Below are positions 37,841 through 47,037 of a stretch of DNA of 64,000 nt, in pieces. Under the pieces are notes generated by a model. The model did no database searches, was not told the DNA's origin, and worked only from the letters and a program-made list of their open reading frames with translations. Made by a program: the position numbers and the translations under genes. The stretch is from the NCBI GenBank assembly GCA_965248365.1, contig CBDFJA010000004.1, forward strand, positions 662,187-726,186. The letters run 5' to 3'. Position 1 is the stretch's first letter, and the number at the start of each line of letters is the position of its first letter. This DNA is from Bryobacterales bacterium (GTDB taxonomy: Bacteria; Acidobacteriota; Terriglobia; Bryobacterales; UBA6623).

Positions 37841-38209
37841 TTAGGTGGCGCGCTCCCCTAGTTGGCCGGCCATCGCCTTGGCCCCGTCTAGAGCGAGCAA
37901 GGCCGCGTGCTTGGATTCGTTGGAGAGACCCCCGACGGCCTCCTCGACATCCTCGCGGGTCAAGGCCAAGACCTGCTCCGCTGTCTTGTCCAACAGCAAC
38001 TCGGTTAAAGCGGAGCCGGCGGCAATCGAAGCCGTACACCCACGGGTCAAATAGCGCACCGCGGCTACTCGACCGTCCCTGACCCGCGCGCTCAGCTGGA
38101 GAATGTCCCCACAGACGGGATTCGACACCTCGACCCGGATGTCCGGGCTCGCTAACTCGCCGACGTTGCGGGGATTCTGAAAATGATCAAGGAGCCGATC
38201 GCTATACAC
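37841..38209 (-). CDS. Fe-S cluster assembly scaffold, IscU/NifU N-terminal type
   Basis: YSDRLLDHFQNPRNVG, NPVCGD, GCTASIA and SNESKHAAL motifs. 122 aa. Confidence 0.85.
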   Translation of the reverse strand: MYSDRLLDHFQNPRNVGELASPDIRVEVSNPVCGDILQLSARVRDGRVAAVRYLTRGCTASIAAGSALTELLLDKTAEQVLALTREDVEEAVGGLSNESKHAALLALDGAKAMAGQLGERAT

Positions 38210-38313
38210 GAGCCCCTATTCTACTGTTCCGGCGCGGGCTCCGGCTCAGGCCTTCTCGCTCGTGTGAGCCGAGTCGCTGGGAAAGATCCTCGTCCCAGCA
38301 CCAGGAAGATCCT

Positions 38314-38685
38314 CTAGGCGCACGCCGCGTTGGCCCGCACCGCCGCCGTTTTTGCTTTCATGCTGCAGGCGCTCAAATACTCCAGCAGCACGATCATCTG
38401 GTGCGAGACATCCTGGCTTTTAGGCGAAATCTTCAAGCCGTTCGATCTCCGCGGGGTCTTGCGCTTACCTTCATACCGCTCGATCTGATGAGCCATCTCG
38501 TCTCGACTCTGCTCGGGGCCGGTCTGTTCGGGCTCGAGCAACCTTGCGCCGAAATACGCGGCTATGTACTGCAACTCATCCGTGGAGAGGCCTTCCAGAA
38601 AGCGGCGAGCCGCCCGACGGCGCCCCGATGTAGACATGGAAGAAATAGCGCTAACGAGAGAAGCTCTTTCTCGTCTCAAATGCAC
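38314..38685 (-). CDS. Hypothetical protein
   Basis: 123-aa ORF (an alternative start at 38637 gives MSTSGRR...). No family recognised. Confidence 0.3.
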   Translation of the reverse strand: MHLRRERASLVSAISSMSTSGRRRAARRFLEGLSTDELQYIAAYFGARLLEPEQTGPEQSRDEMAHQIERYEGKRKTPRRSNGLKISPKSQDVSHQMIVLLEYLSACSMKAKTAAVRANAACA

Positions 38686-38837
38686 GTCGGCGACTCCTGT
38701 TGCGGGCCAGGAATTGTTGAAGCTCTACCATTATCACCTGAACCCACCGCGGGGTGCAACTCTACACGAGATGCGACAAAGCACTTAGCTGCTTTTCCTC
38801 AGCCCCCGGCGCGCCTTTTCCACAGCCTGTAAGTTAT

Positions 38838-39063
38838 TGAAACGCCGAGGATGTGATCGCCGACTGCGAAGGGCCCGAACTTCTAGGAGCCTTCGACAAG
38901 GCGATTTCAACGGTCACGGTGCTCGGTCCGGCCCGTGGTTCCGGAGCGTTCCTGCTCGCGGCTCTCTACATCTTCGAGACGCTCCACCAAGCGCGCCTGA
39001 TCCTGGTATCCGGGGCAGCGAGGGTGTATACTGGCCCTTGCCAGGAGCAAGTGAAATCCTGGT
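38838..39063 (+). pseudogene. Fragment of a SAM-dependent (N6-adenine type) DNA methyltransferase, motif I region only
   Basis: The translation ...TVTVLGPARGSGAFLLAALYIFETL resembles motif I (vLDPAcGSGaFLl) with D-to-G and C-to-R changes. It is bounded upstream by a stop at 38835 and downstream by the IS4 end. Confidence 0.35.
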
Positions 39064-40535
39064 TTAGACTCAATACTGTCGAGTTAAGAATATTTTCATG
39101 CTATCCTGTTCTCATCAACAGGAGGTGCGTGACATGGCACGAACGTTGGCGGAGATTCCCCCCGGCTCGCGAATTAGCGACTACATCAGTTTGGGCGTGC
39201 TGGCCCGGCGGTTTCCGCGTTCGACGGTGGATCGCGTGTTGCGGCGCAGCGGTCGGGACGACCGTCGTCAGCGCGATTTGCCGGCACCGGTGATGGTCTA
39301 CTACGTGATCGCCTTGGCGTTGTATATGCAGGTGTCCTATCGCGAAGTGTTGCGTTGCCTGCTGGAAGGACTCAGCTGGCTGCGGGCCGCTCACAAACGG
39401 CCGGCGGCGGCGAGCCGCTCGGGCATCTCGCGGGCCCGCATACGGCTGGGGGCCGAGCCCCTGCGGCAATTGCACGACGAGGTCGTCAAGCCGATCGCCG
39501 ACCCCACCACTCGCGGCGCCTGGTACGGTCGCCGGCGGCTGGTCTCGCTCGACGGCAGCGTTCTCGACCTCGCCGATGAGCCGGGCAACCGGCAAGCGTT
39601 CGGGCGTCCGGGGGTCTCGCGGGGCGCCAGCGCCTATCCCCAATTGCGTTTCGTATCCCTGGTGGAAAACGGCACGCACGTGCTGTTCGGCTCTCGCCTG
39701 GGACCCTACGCGAGGAGTGAAATCGCACTGGCCCAGCAGCTGCTGCCGGCGCTCGAAAAGGACATGCTCTGCCTGGCCGACCGCAATTTCTTCAGCTATC
39801 CGCTGTGGAAGCAGGCGCGTGGGACGGGGGCGGCTCTGTTGTGGCGTGTCAAGAAGAACTTGCGTTTGCCCCTCCAGCGGCGACTCGCCGACGGCTCCTA
39901 TCTGAGCCGTATCTATTCCGGCGAAGGGGACCGCCGACGCCAAACCAACGGCCTCGAGGTGCGCGTCATCAAGGATCGGCTCGAGGGTGTTGACAACGCC
40001 GAACCCCTCTACCGTTTGCTGACCAGCCTGCTCGACCCGGCCGCGGCGCCGGCCCCACCACTGGCGGCGCTCTACCACGAGCGCTGGGAGATCGAAACGG
40101 CGTTTGACGAACTCAAGACGCACTTGCGAGGATCCAAGATCGTGCTACGCAGCAAGACGCCGGAGCTGGTGCGCCAGGAGTTTTGGGGGCTGCTGCTGGC
40201 GCATTTTGCGATTCGCGATCTGATGCATGAGGCCGCCGTCAACAGCCAACAGGATCCAGATCGGCTTTCCTACGTGCATGCGCTGCGGGTGGTCCGCCGC
40301 AAACTGGCCATGGCGGTGGCTATTCCCCCCTCGAGCTAGAAAAGCGTTTCATCGACAGGTTCTCGACGAACTGCTCGAGGAGCGGGTGGTCTCCAGCCGC
40401 GGCCGCCGCCGTCCGCGCGGCGTCAAGCGCAAGATGAGCAGCTACCCGCTGCGCCCGCGCGCCCCCATCCGCAACGACCGCAGGAAAGTCGAGATTTCCA
40501 TGCTTCTTTCTGAAATCGACAGTATTGGGGCTAAG
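39064..40535 (+). mobile_element. IS4-family insertion sequence (about 1.47 kb)
   Basis: Inverted ends TTAGACTCAATACTGTCGAGTTAAGAA (39064-) and TTCTGAAATCGACAGTATTGGGGCTAA (-40535). No direct repeat is visible in the flanks. Confidence 0.75.
39098..40339 (+). CDS. IS4-family DDE transposase, C-terminus frameshifted
   Basis: RLVSLDGSVLDL, LCLADRNFFSY and YHERWEIETAFDELK (YREK) motifs. After a C7 run (about 40325-40331) the protein-like sequence continues in another frame (...RGVKRKMSSYPLRP) to about 40547. Confidence 0.8.
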   Translation: MLSCSHQQEVRDMARTLAEIPPGSRISDYISLGVLARRFPRSTVDRVLRRSGRDDRRQRDLPAPVMVYYVIALALYMQVSYREVLRCLLEGLSWLRAAHKRPAAASRSGISRARIRLGAEPLRQLHDEVVKPIADPTTRGAWYGRRRLVSLDGSVLDLADEPGNRQAFGRPGVSRGASAYPQLRFVSLVENGTHVLFGSRLGPYARSEIALAQQLLPALEKDMLCLADRNFFSYPLWKQARGTGAALLWRVKKNLRLPLQRRLADGSYLSRIYSGEGDRRRQTNGLEVRVIKDRLEGVDNAEPLYRLLTSLLDPAAAPAPPLAALYHERWEIETAFDELKTHLRGSKIVLRSKTPELVRQEFWGLLLAHFAIRDLMHEAAVNSQQDPDRLSYVHALRVVRRKLAMAVAIPPSS

Positions 40536-40609
40536 CCCCGAACCTAAGTGAGCGCCCATGGGCTTCACGGCTCACCCGAGAGATGAAAAACGGCGGGTTT
40601 TCGACGGAG

Positions 40610-43600
40610 CTACTGGATGTAGCCCAGACTGCGCAGACGCTGCAGTTCCTCGTCGCTTAGGCCTTCGGTTGAATCGGCCGGCGGTAGTTTTCCTGCCTGG
40701 GTGAGATCCCGCCAGGCCTGAAGTTCCCCAAGCAACTTCTCCACGACGTCGGGGTGCTCGTCCGCAACGTTCTCGAGATCCAAGGGATCTTTCGCGTGCT
40801 CGAACAACTCGAACTCGGGCCTGCCCGAAGAGCTTTTCGTGTTGTGAATCAGCTTCCAGCCGTCGAGCACAATCGAGACGGCCTCGTCGTCGCGGGGGCG
40901 GGGTCCGCCGCTCCGCTGGGTCGTAGCGCGCTCGGAGACCGCGGGACGCCTTTGCCAACCCAAATCCGCGGCAAGGCCGGCCACCGTGGACTCTGTCGCA
41001 TCGGCCCCGGGCAGCTCGGCTGCCGCCTTCATCAAAGGCACGAGACTCTGGCCCTGCAAGCCATCCGGCAGGGCTCGCCCGGTGACGTCGAGTAATGTCG
41101 GCATCAGATCGATGCTGCGAACCGTTTCATCGACCACCACCCCGTTCGGCACGACCCCAGGCCAGAACAAGACCAGAGGTACGTTCGTCAGCTCCCCATA
41201 AAGAGTCTGTCCGTGAAACATGCGGCCGTGGTCGAGAAACTCTTCGCCGTGATCGGCGATGAACGCGATCATGGTTTTCTCGGCCAGGCCGAGCGTCTTC
41301 AGCCGCTCAAGCACCCGCGCCAGCTCCGCGTCCATGGCGCGGATGGAACCGTCGTACCAGTCCTTCTCATAGGCAAGGTATTGCTGGGTATCGATATTCG
41401 CCTCTTCAAATTGCCGCCGCGTGCCCATGGCTCGCGTTCTCATAAAGGGATCGGGGATCACTTTCCGGAGCTTGTCGGCATCGCGCTCGTGGTCTTCCTT
41501 TTTGCCAGGGTCGGCCCACATCGATTCGTAGGGCCGGCGGGGCTCGTAGGGGTCATGCGGGTCGAAGACGTGAAAGAAGACGAAAAACGGGGCGTCGCGA
41601 TGTTCCTCGAGCCAAGCGCATAGCCGGTCCGCGTACACCCGGGCGGTTTTTGTGCGGCGCTTGAGCTGGGTTGATCCCAGTTCGTGGAGCTCTTCGAATC
41701 CTTGGTGCAGGTTGGTCAGTTTTCCTGAAAAGGCAACCGAGGAGTAGCTGAGGGTGGCGTAGCCGGCGGCGCGATAAGCTTCCGCCAGTGTATTCGCGGC
41801 CGCCGGAAGCCGGTCGGTGACCTCGGCGATGCCGTGGGAAGTGGGGTAAAGCGAGGTCATGATCGAAGGCACGGAGACCTTCGTCCAAGTTGCCTGGGAA
41901 ACGACGTCGCGGAAAAGGGCGCCCTCGGCGGCCAGCCGGCTCAGGGTTGGCGCGGTTTGCCGCTTGTAGCCGTACGAGTCGAGGTGGTCTTTTCGCAGCG
42001 TGTCGGCCACCATCAGGATGATTCCTTGCGGAGCCGGCGCGCGAGCTAGATCGCCTGAGGATTCATCCGCCCGCATGGGCGGCCCACCCCGCGCGCGAAC
42101 CACTGGGCTGCCCCAAAAACCCAACGTTCCGTCTTCCCCATCGGGCAGGGAAAACGCCAGGGTCACCTCCTGACCGCCATAGGCGGCAAGATCAACGTGC
42201 GCGGTCTCCCAGCGATGCGGCGTCGTTAGGGTACGCTCCAGCAACACGACCTCGTCGCCGGCTGCTGACGAGAGACCTACGCGAAAGGTGACCGCGCCGT
42301 CCTCGGGCGTGCCGAGGTGGAGATCGAGCCAGGGGTCGTCGGGCAAAGTAAGCGGCAGTCGGATGGTTTCCGGCGATCGCGCGACGACGGTCTCGCGGAA
42401 AATCTCACCGAGACCCTGCCATCCCACTCCAGAGGGAATCCGGGCCAGCCGTTCCCGCTGCGAGAGAAGGCGAACGGATTCGATCTCGACAACGTCGCGG
42501 GCGAAAACCAGAGCTTGGGTATCTTCGTAAACCAGCGCCCACTCCGGGTAGGAGGGTCCCGAGAGGGCAAGCGCCAAGGGGTAGATCACGCCCGAGGCGA
42601 ACTCAAAGGCGTTCGTAACGACGAATTGCACTTTGTAGCGGTCGAGCAGCCGGGTTCGCAACTCCTTCCCTTTTGCGCCGGCGGAGCGCTTAATATGCAG
42701 GATCTTGGCGTAGTCCTTGTACACGGTTTCGTTCAAGGCGCGGCCGTCGATAAAGGTTCGCTGCTCGGGCCATAGCGCCCAGATCAAATAACCTCCGTAC
42801 TCGTAAGAGTTGAAGATGGGATCGGTGATCTGGTTCCGGCGCAGGAATTCGGCGGCGCCCTGGGGAAACTTCCACTCGGCCGCCCGAAGCTGATAAAGGC
42901 CGCCTGCCGACCCCTGGTAAACGAGCAATCCCGCCAGCCCCAGCGACACGAGGAGGTTAGCGACGCCGGCCGGCAGCCGGGGCAGCTTCGTTGCCAGGAG
43001 CGGCCAGGCCTAGGTGGCCAGCAACACCGGAGCCAAAAAGGCGACGAACACGATATTGCGGAAGGCCATCAACGAGGCCGACCCGAAGGCGGCGAACAGT
43101 AAGACGTCCCAAGGACGAAGCTTCCTCCAAGTCGCTATCATTGCCGCGGCGGTCGAGTAGAGCAACAGGTTATAGCTGTAGGGAGGCCCCCAAAGGAAAG
43201 GGCGTTTCCACTCGATCAGCGTGCTCGTCAGGTAGCTCTCCCGATAGGCCGGCAGCACCTCAAGTATCCGAAACCCGTTGGGATTCAGAGCGCTCAGCAG
43301 AATGCACAGCCCGGCTGCGAGCCACAACGGTTTCCGCCGCTCGGTGGGCAACCGCCAAGCTCCGACGCTGTAGGCCGCCAGCGCGCCCCAACCCAGAAAA
43401 AAACCGCCGTGCGAGTTGGCCCAGACAACATGCAGGGGGATGAGCACCCATAGCCACGCCACCCGGCCGCCGGAGACGTAACCGTCCAAGACGAGGACGA
43501 ACACCGCCACCAACGCAAACGTCACCAGCGCCGGCCGGTCGGCGGAAAAGAGCGTAAGCACGGGAACGGGCGCCAGAGCGGCAAGGATACCAAGATAGAA

Positions 43601-43957
43601 ATTCCCCGCTCGCCGGGCCGCCAGGCATCCCGCGGCGGCGCACACTACGCTCAAAAGAAATCCCTTCCACAGCACCACGGCGGGGAATCCGCCGAGCCGG
43701 TAGAGAAGCCACCAGAGAACCTGAGCTAGCCACTCGTGGGTCAAGTTGAAGTAACGGACCGTCTCTTCGCCTGGGTAGGCGGGCCGGCCGTGGCTCGAGG
43801 TGTAAGAAAACGGATCAGGTACCGGGAGCTTGCCGTGCTCGACAATGTACTCGCCGGTCTTGAGGTGCCACCAGAAATCGGTGTCCGCCGCTTCGGTACT
43901 GAAAATACCGCAGAGAAACAGGGCCACCCCTACAGCCAGGAGTGCCCCGAAGGCCAC
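40610..43957 (-). pseudogene. About 1115-codon membrane (GT39/ArnT-like N-domain) plus sulfatase-like (alkaline-phosphatase superfamily) protein, interrupted by an in-frame TAG
   Basis: ORFs 43010-43957 and 40610-42949 are in the same frame and are separated only by TAG (43010-43012) plus 20 sense codons. The C-terminal half has a sulfatase-type core (ILMVADTLRKDHLDSYGY..., TWTKVSVPSIMTSLYP). Confidence 0.7.
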
Positions 43958-44176
43958 CGAGGAGGGTTCCCCAATTGAGGGGGGGATGAGGAATATGGAC
44001 GGGTCGGGCGCGGACTCGCGCGGGAGGCTCTTCTTTTTCTTTCGCCGCGGCAGAAAACTAGGCTAGCGTCCGGCCATGCCGCTCGGCAAGCAGTGGTTTG
44101 CCATCGTATACGCGACCGTGTGTTGTAGCCCAATGATAATGTCCCCTCATCCGGAGCTCCAAAGGAGGAGCCGAGA

Positions 44177-44420
44177 TTGGGAAGGACATGGATGAATGCC
44201 AGGGAACTGAGGCGCGGCGAAGTGCTGAGCCGAGTGAAACGAGGGAAGCTGAAGTTAACGGAAGGGGCCGAGTTGCTGGAGATCAGTTACCGGCAAGCGA
44301 GGCGGCTCAAGAAGCGTTACGGCGAGGGGAGGGTCGCAGGCTCTGGTGCATGGCAGCGTCGACCGGGTTTCGAATCGAGCCGATCCCCAGCGACGTGAGC
44401 AGTGGACTTAAAATGGGTTT
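44177..44420 (+). pseudogene. Degraded N-terminal HTH fragment of an ISNCY/IS481-like transposase
   Basis: ELRRGEVLSRVKRGKLKLTEGAELLEISYRQARRLKKRYGEG, then (after a frameshift) ALVHGSVDRVSNRADPQRRE. No catalytic domain follows. Confidence 0.45.
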
Positions 44421-44705
44421 TCTGTTTGGAGTCGGAGCGTGTGGTTTCCAACAGGTGCGGGTCTGCCTCTACGACGTCAACGTGAACCGAACAACGCCGT
44501 CCTGAGGCGCTTCTCGGCCTGTCTGACGAACGGAGGCCTACCAGCCCGTGGTGGAAGTACACGTCGCGAAAATCGGGTACAGCCAGCCAATTCGCTTCGT
44601 GCTAAGTGGTTCGTTTCGAGGGTCATGATGGGAGCAAATTGGTGGCAGTCCTGGCAGCCCCCATCTTTCGCTCCTGCAAGACTTCTACCACGGGCTGCCT
44701 ACCCC

Positions 44706-44981
44706 TCAGTTCGTCTCGCGAATGCAGAATAGCGCCGTCTCGCTGCGCAGGAGAATTTCGCCGTTGGCGATCGCTGGCGAGGCAACGAAGGTCTGTCCCG
44801 CAAGCGTGTTGGTCGCCAGTACTTCGTACTTCTCTCCCATTTTGAGGACAATCACGTCCCCCTCTTCGCTCGACAGGTAGAGTTTGCCGTTGGCGCCGAC
44901 GAGCGAGGCCTTGAACTTGTAAGGTTTGGGGGGGCGCTGCTGTTTGTAGTAGGGCACCCCGGTCGTGGCGTTATAGCAGCT
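44706..44981 (-). pseudogene. C-terminal fragment of a beta-propeller (PQQ/BamB-like repeat) protein, 5' part removed by IS copy A
   Basis: ...GANGKLYLSSEEGDVIVLKMGEKYEVLATNTLAGQTFVASPAIANGEILLRSETALFCI. The reading frame runs straight into the IS end at 44982. Confidence 0.55.
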
Positions 44982-46310
44982 CAGTGCTGTCCGGAGAAAG
45001 TCGCGCCATCGGACGGTAAGTCTCGACCGTTCAATGTCTTATGGCCTGTTTTGCCCGGGAACGATTTGAAATCCCGAGGCCGCAAATGGTCGCCTGAACG
45101 GAGCATCCGGACGCGGCACAATGAGGGATGAACCTTGGCCGTACGGTTTTCTCCCAACTGATCGAGCACCTACCGAGCAAAGAGTTTCAGAAATGTGTAT
45201 CGCGCTACCGCGGCGATTCCTATCTGAAAAGTTTCTCCTGCTGGGATCAGTTTCTTGCGATGGCATTCGCCCAGCTGACCTATCGGGCAAGCCTCCGCGA
45301 CATCGAGACGTGCCTGCGTTCGATGCACGGCAAACTCTACCACATGGGATTCCGCGGCAGGGTAGCGCGCTCGACACTGGCCGATGCGAACGAGTCGCGC
45401 GACTGGCGGATCTACGCGGACTTCGCGCAGGTCTTGATTGGCATGGCACGGCCGTTATATGCCCACGACCCGATCGGTGTGGACTTGGACCAGACTCTGT
45501 ACGCTCTCGACTCGACAACAATCGACCTCTGCCTGTCGCTGTTTCCGTGGGCGAGATTCCGCAAGCAAAAGGCCGCCGTGAAGATGCCCACGCTGCTGGA
45601 TCTGCACGGCAATATTCCCACGTTCATCCGCATTACTGGAGGCAAAGTGCACGACATCAACATCCTCGACGAGATCGGCCCGGAGGCCGGCGCGTTCTAC
45701 GTCATGGATCGGGCCTACGTCGATTTCGAACGCCTCTTCGTGTTCACTCTCTGCTCGTCGTTCTTCGTCGTGCGAACCAAGAAGAACATCTTGCTCCAAC
45801 GGCGCTACTCGCATCCCGTCGACAAATCCACGGGCTTGCGCTCGGATCAGACCGTCATACTGGCTGCCATCGAATCGGCCCAAGCCTATCCCGACCCGTT
45901 GCGGAGGGTCAGTTACTTCGACGCCCGGACGAACAAGCGGCTGAAGTTTCTGACCAACAACTTCGCGCTCCCGGCGCTGACCATCGCCCACATCTACAAG
46001 TCGCGTTGGCAGATTGAGTTGTTCTTCAAGTGGATCAAGCAACATCTGCGAATCAACTCGTTTTACGGCACCAGCGAGAACGCCGTCAAGACGCATATCT
46101 GGATCGCTGTCTCGATTTACGTGCTCATCGCCATCGTCCGGAAACGGCTCGGGCTGGAAGCGAGTCTTTACCAGATTCTACAGATTCTCAGCGTTACGCA
46201 ATTCGAAAAAATGCCCCTTTTACAGGCACTCCAGCCATCCGACTCCCCAAACGAATCCCCCTATGACCCCAACCAATTGATTCTATTCGACTTTTAACCG
46301 GACAGCAGTG
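44982..46310 (+). mobile_element. 1329-bp IS (IS4/IS5-superfamily), copy A
   Basis: Ends CAGTGCTGTCCGG... and ...CCGGACAGCAGTG. Nearly identical to copies B and C. Confidence 0.9.
45128..46297 (+). CDS. DDE transposase of the 1329-bp IS (copy A)
   Basis: 389 aa. The N-terminus MNLGRTVFSQLIEHLPSKEFQKCVSRYRGD..KSFSCWDQFLAMAFAQLT is typical of DUF4372-type IS4-family transposases. FYVMDRAYVDF and SRWQIELFFKWIKQHL motifs. Confidence 0.9.
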   Translation: MNLGRTVFSQLIEHLPSKEFQKCVSRYRGDSYLKSFSCWDQFLAMAFAQLTYRASLRDIETCLRSMHGKLYHMGFRGRVARSTLADANESRDWRIYADFAQVLIGMARPLYAHDPIGVDLDQTLYALDSTTIDLCLSLFPWARFRKQKAAVKMPTLLDLHGNIPTFIRITGGKVHDINILDEIGPEAGAFYVMDRAYVDFERLFVFTLCSSFFVVRTKKNILLQRRYSHPVDKSTGLRSDQTVILAAIESAQAYPDPLRRVSYFDARTNKRLKFLTNNFALPALTIAHIYKSRWQIELFFKWIKQHLRINSFYGTSENAVKTHIWIAVSIYVLIAIVRKRLGLEASLYQILQILSVTQFEKMPLLQALQPSDSPNESPYDPNQLILFDF

Positions 46311-46876
46311 CTCATGGGTATCGTTCCGCAGCAAGACGCGACTCGGTTCCACCTCGGAATCACGAATGAGACGGCGAAACGCCTCCGGTTCAATCCTGAC
46401 TAGTCTCAGCGATCCACTGCTACGAGTCTCGTGTCCTCTGCTCATCAAACCCCTCATACGGGCGCTTAACTCTTGATCTTCTTGGAGGACAAGGAGATTG
46501 ATCATGTAATCACGATTCAGTTCATCCAGGCGTCTTGCCTTGCGATGAATATCCTCTAGGGTCTGGGCTGGATAGACGCGTTTATTTGAGTAGCTGAGAA
46601 ACTCGACGGATAGGGCGGGTATCTCGAAAGAGTGGCAAAAGACAATGTTCCGATACTCGGTGTTGTCCCTTACGAAATAGGCGATCTCCGCCGGCTCAGA
46701 GATTGGGTTTGGAAAGTATTCGCGGTATCTGCTGTGATTCGCCTCAATATAGAAAGCCCCCAGTAGGACAGCTAAGAGCGCTGCTAGGGATACGCCAGAC
46801 GCCTTGCCCGCGCCCCGAGCCAGCCCGGGGAGAGGTATGGTTGCGAAGACCTTGCCCCCTAAAACGAGTCCAAGTT
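46311..46876 (-). pseudogene. Fragment of a membrane-anchored hypothetical protein, truncated at both ends (IS copy A and the IS3 remnant)
   Basis: ...VSLAALLAVLLGAFYIEANHSRYREYFPNP...LVRIEPEAFRRLIRDSEVEPSRVLLRNDTH, then runs into the IS end. GC is lower than the surroundings. Confidence 0.4.
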
Positions 46877-47037
46877 GAATGTTAGAATTTTCGGTTTTAG
46901 GAAGGAGGCAAGAGATGGCAGGGAAGCGATTTAGTGCAGAACAGATCATCATCAAGTTGCGTGAGGCAGAGGTGGGTCTAGCTGTGGAGCCTCAACAGGT
47001 TGTTCCGGGGAGGAGGGAGTCGGCTGATAGGGGGATT
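46877..47037 (+). mobile_element. IS3-family left-end remnant (first 20 or so codons of orfA)
   Basis: GGAAGGAGG RBS, then ATG at 46915 and MAGKRFSAEQIIIKLREAEV, the conserved IS3 OrfA N-terminus. Similarity is lost afterwards and the fragment is cut by IS copy B. Confidence 0.55.

Noticed and set aside
43007-43012. Programmed amber read-through or pyrrolysine decoding of the in-frame TAG.
   Set aside because: No pyl genes, suppressor tRNA or recoding signal is visible in the window, and TAG is used as an ordinary stop by several neighbouring genes. A nonsense mutation or a sequencing error is more parsimonious.
45121-46017. Long alternative-frame and antisense ORFs inside the 1329-bp IS (298 aa, 213/196 aa, 160 aa, 83 aa, 62 aa), repeated in all three copies.
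   Set aside because: They overlap the well-supported 389-aa transposase frame. Their compositions are Arg/Pro/Gly-rich, typical of off-frame translation of GC-rich DNA. They recur only because the DNA is repeated.
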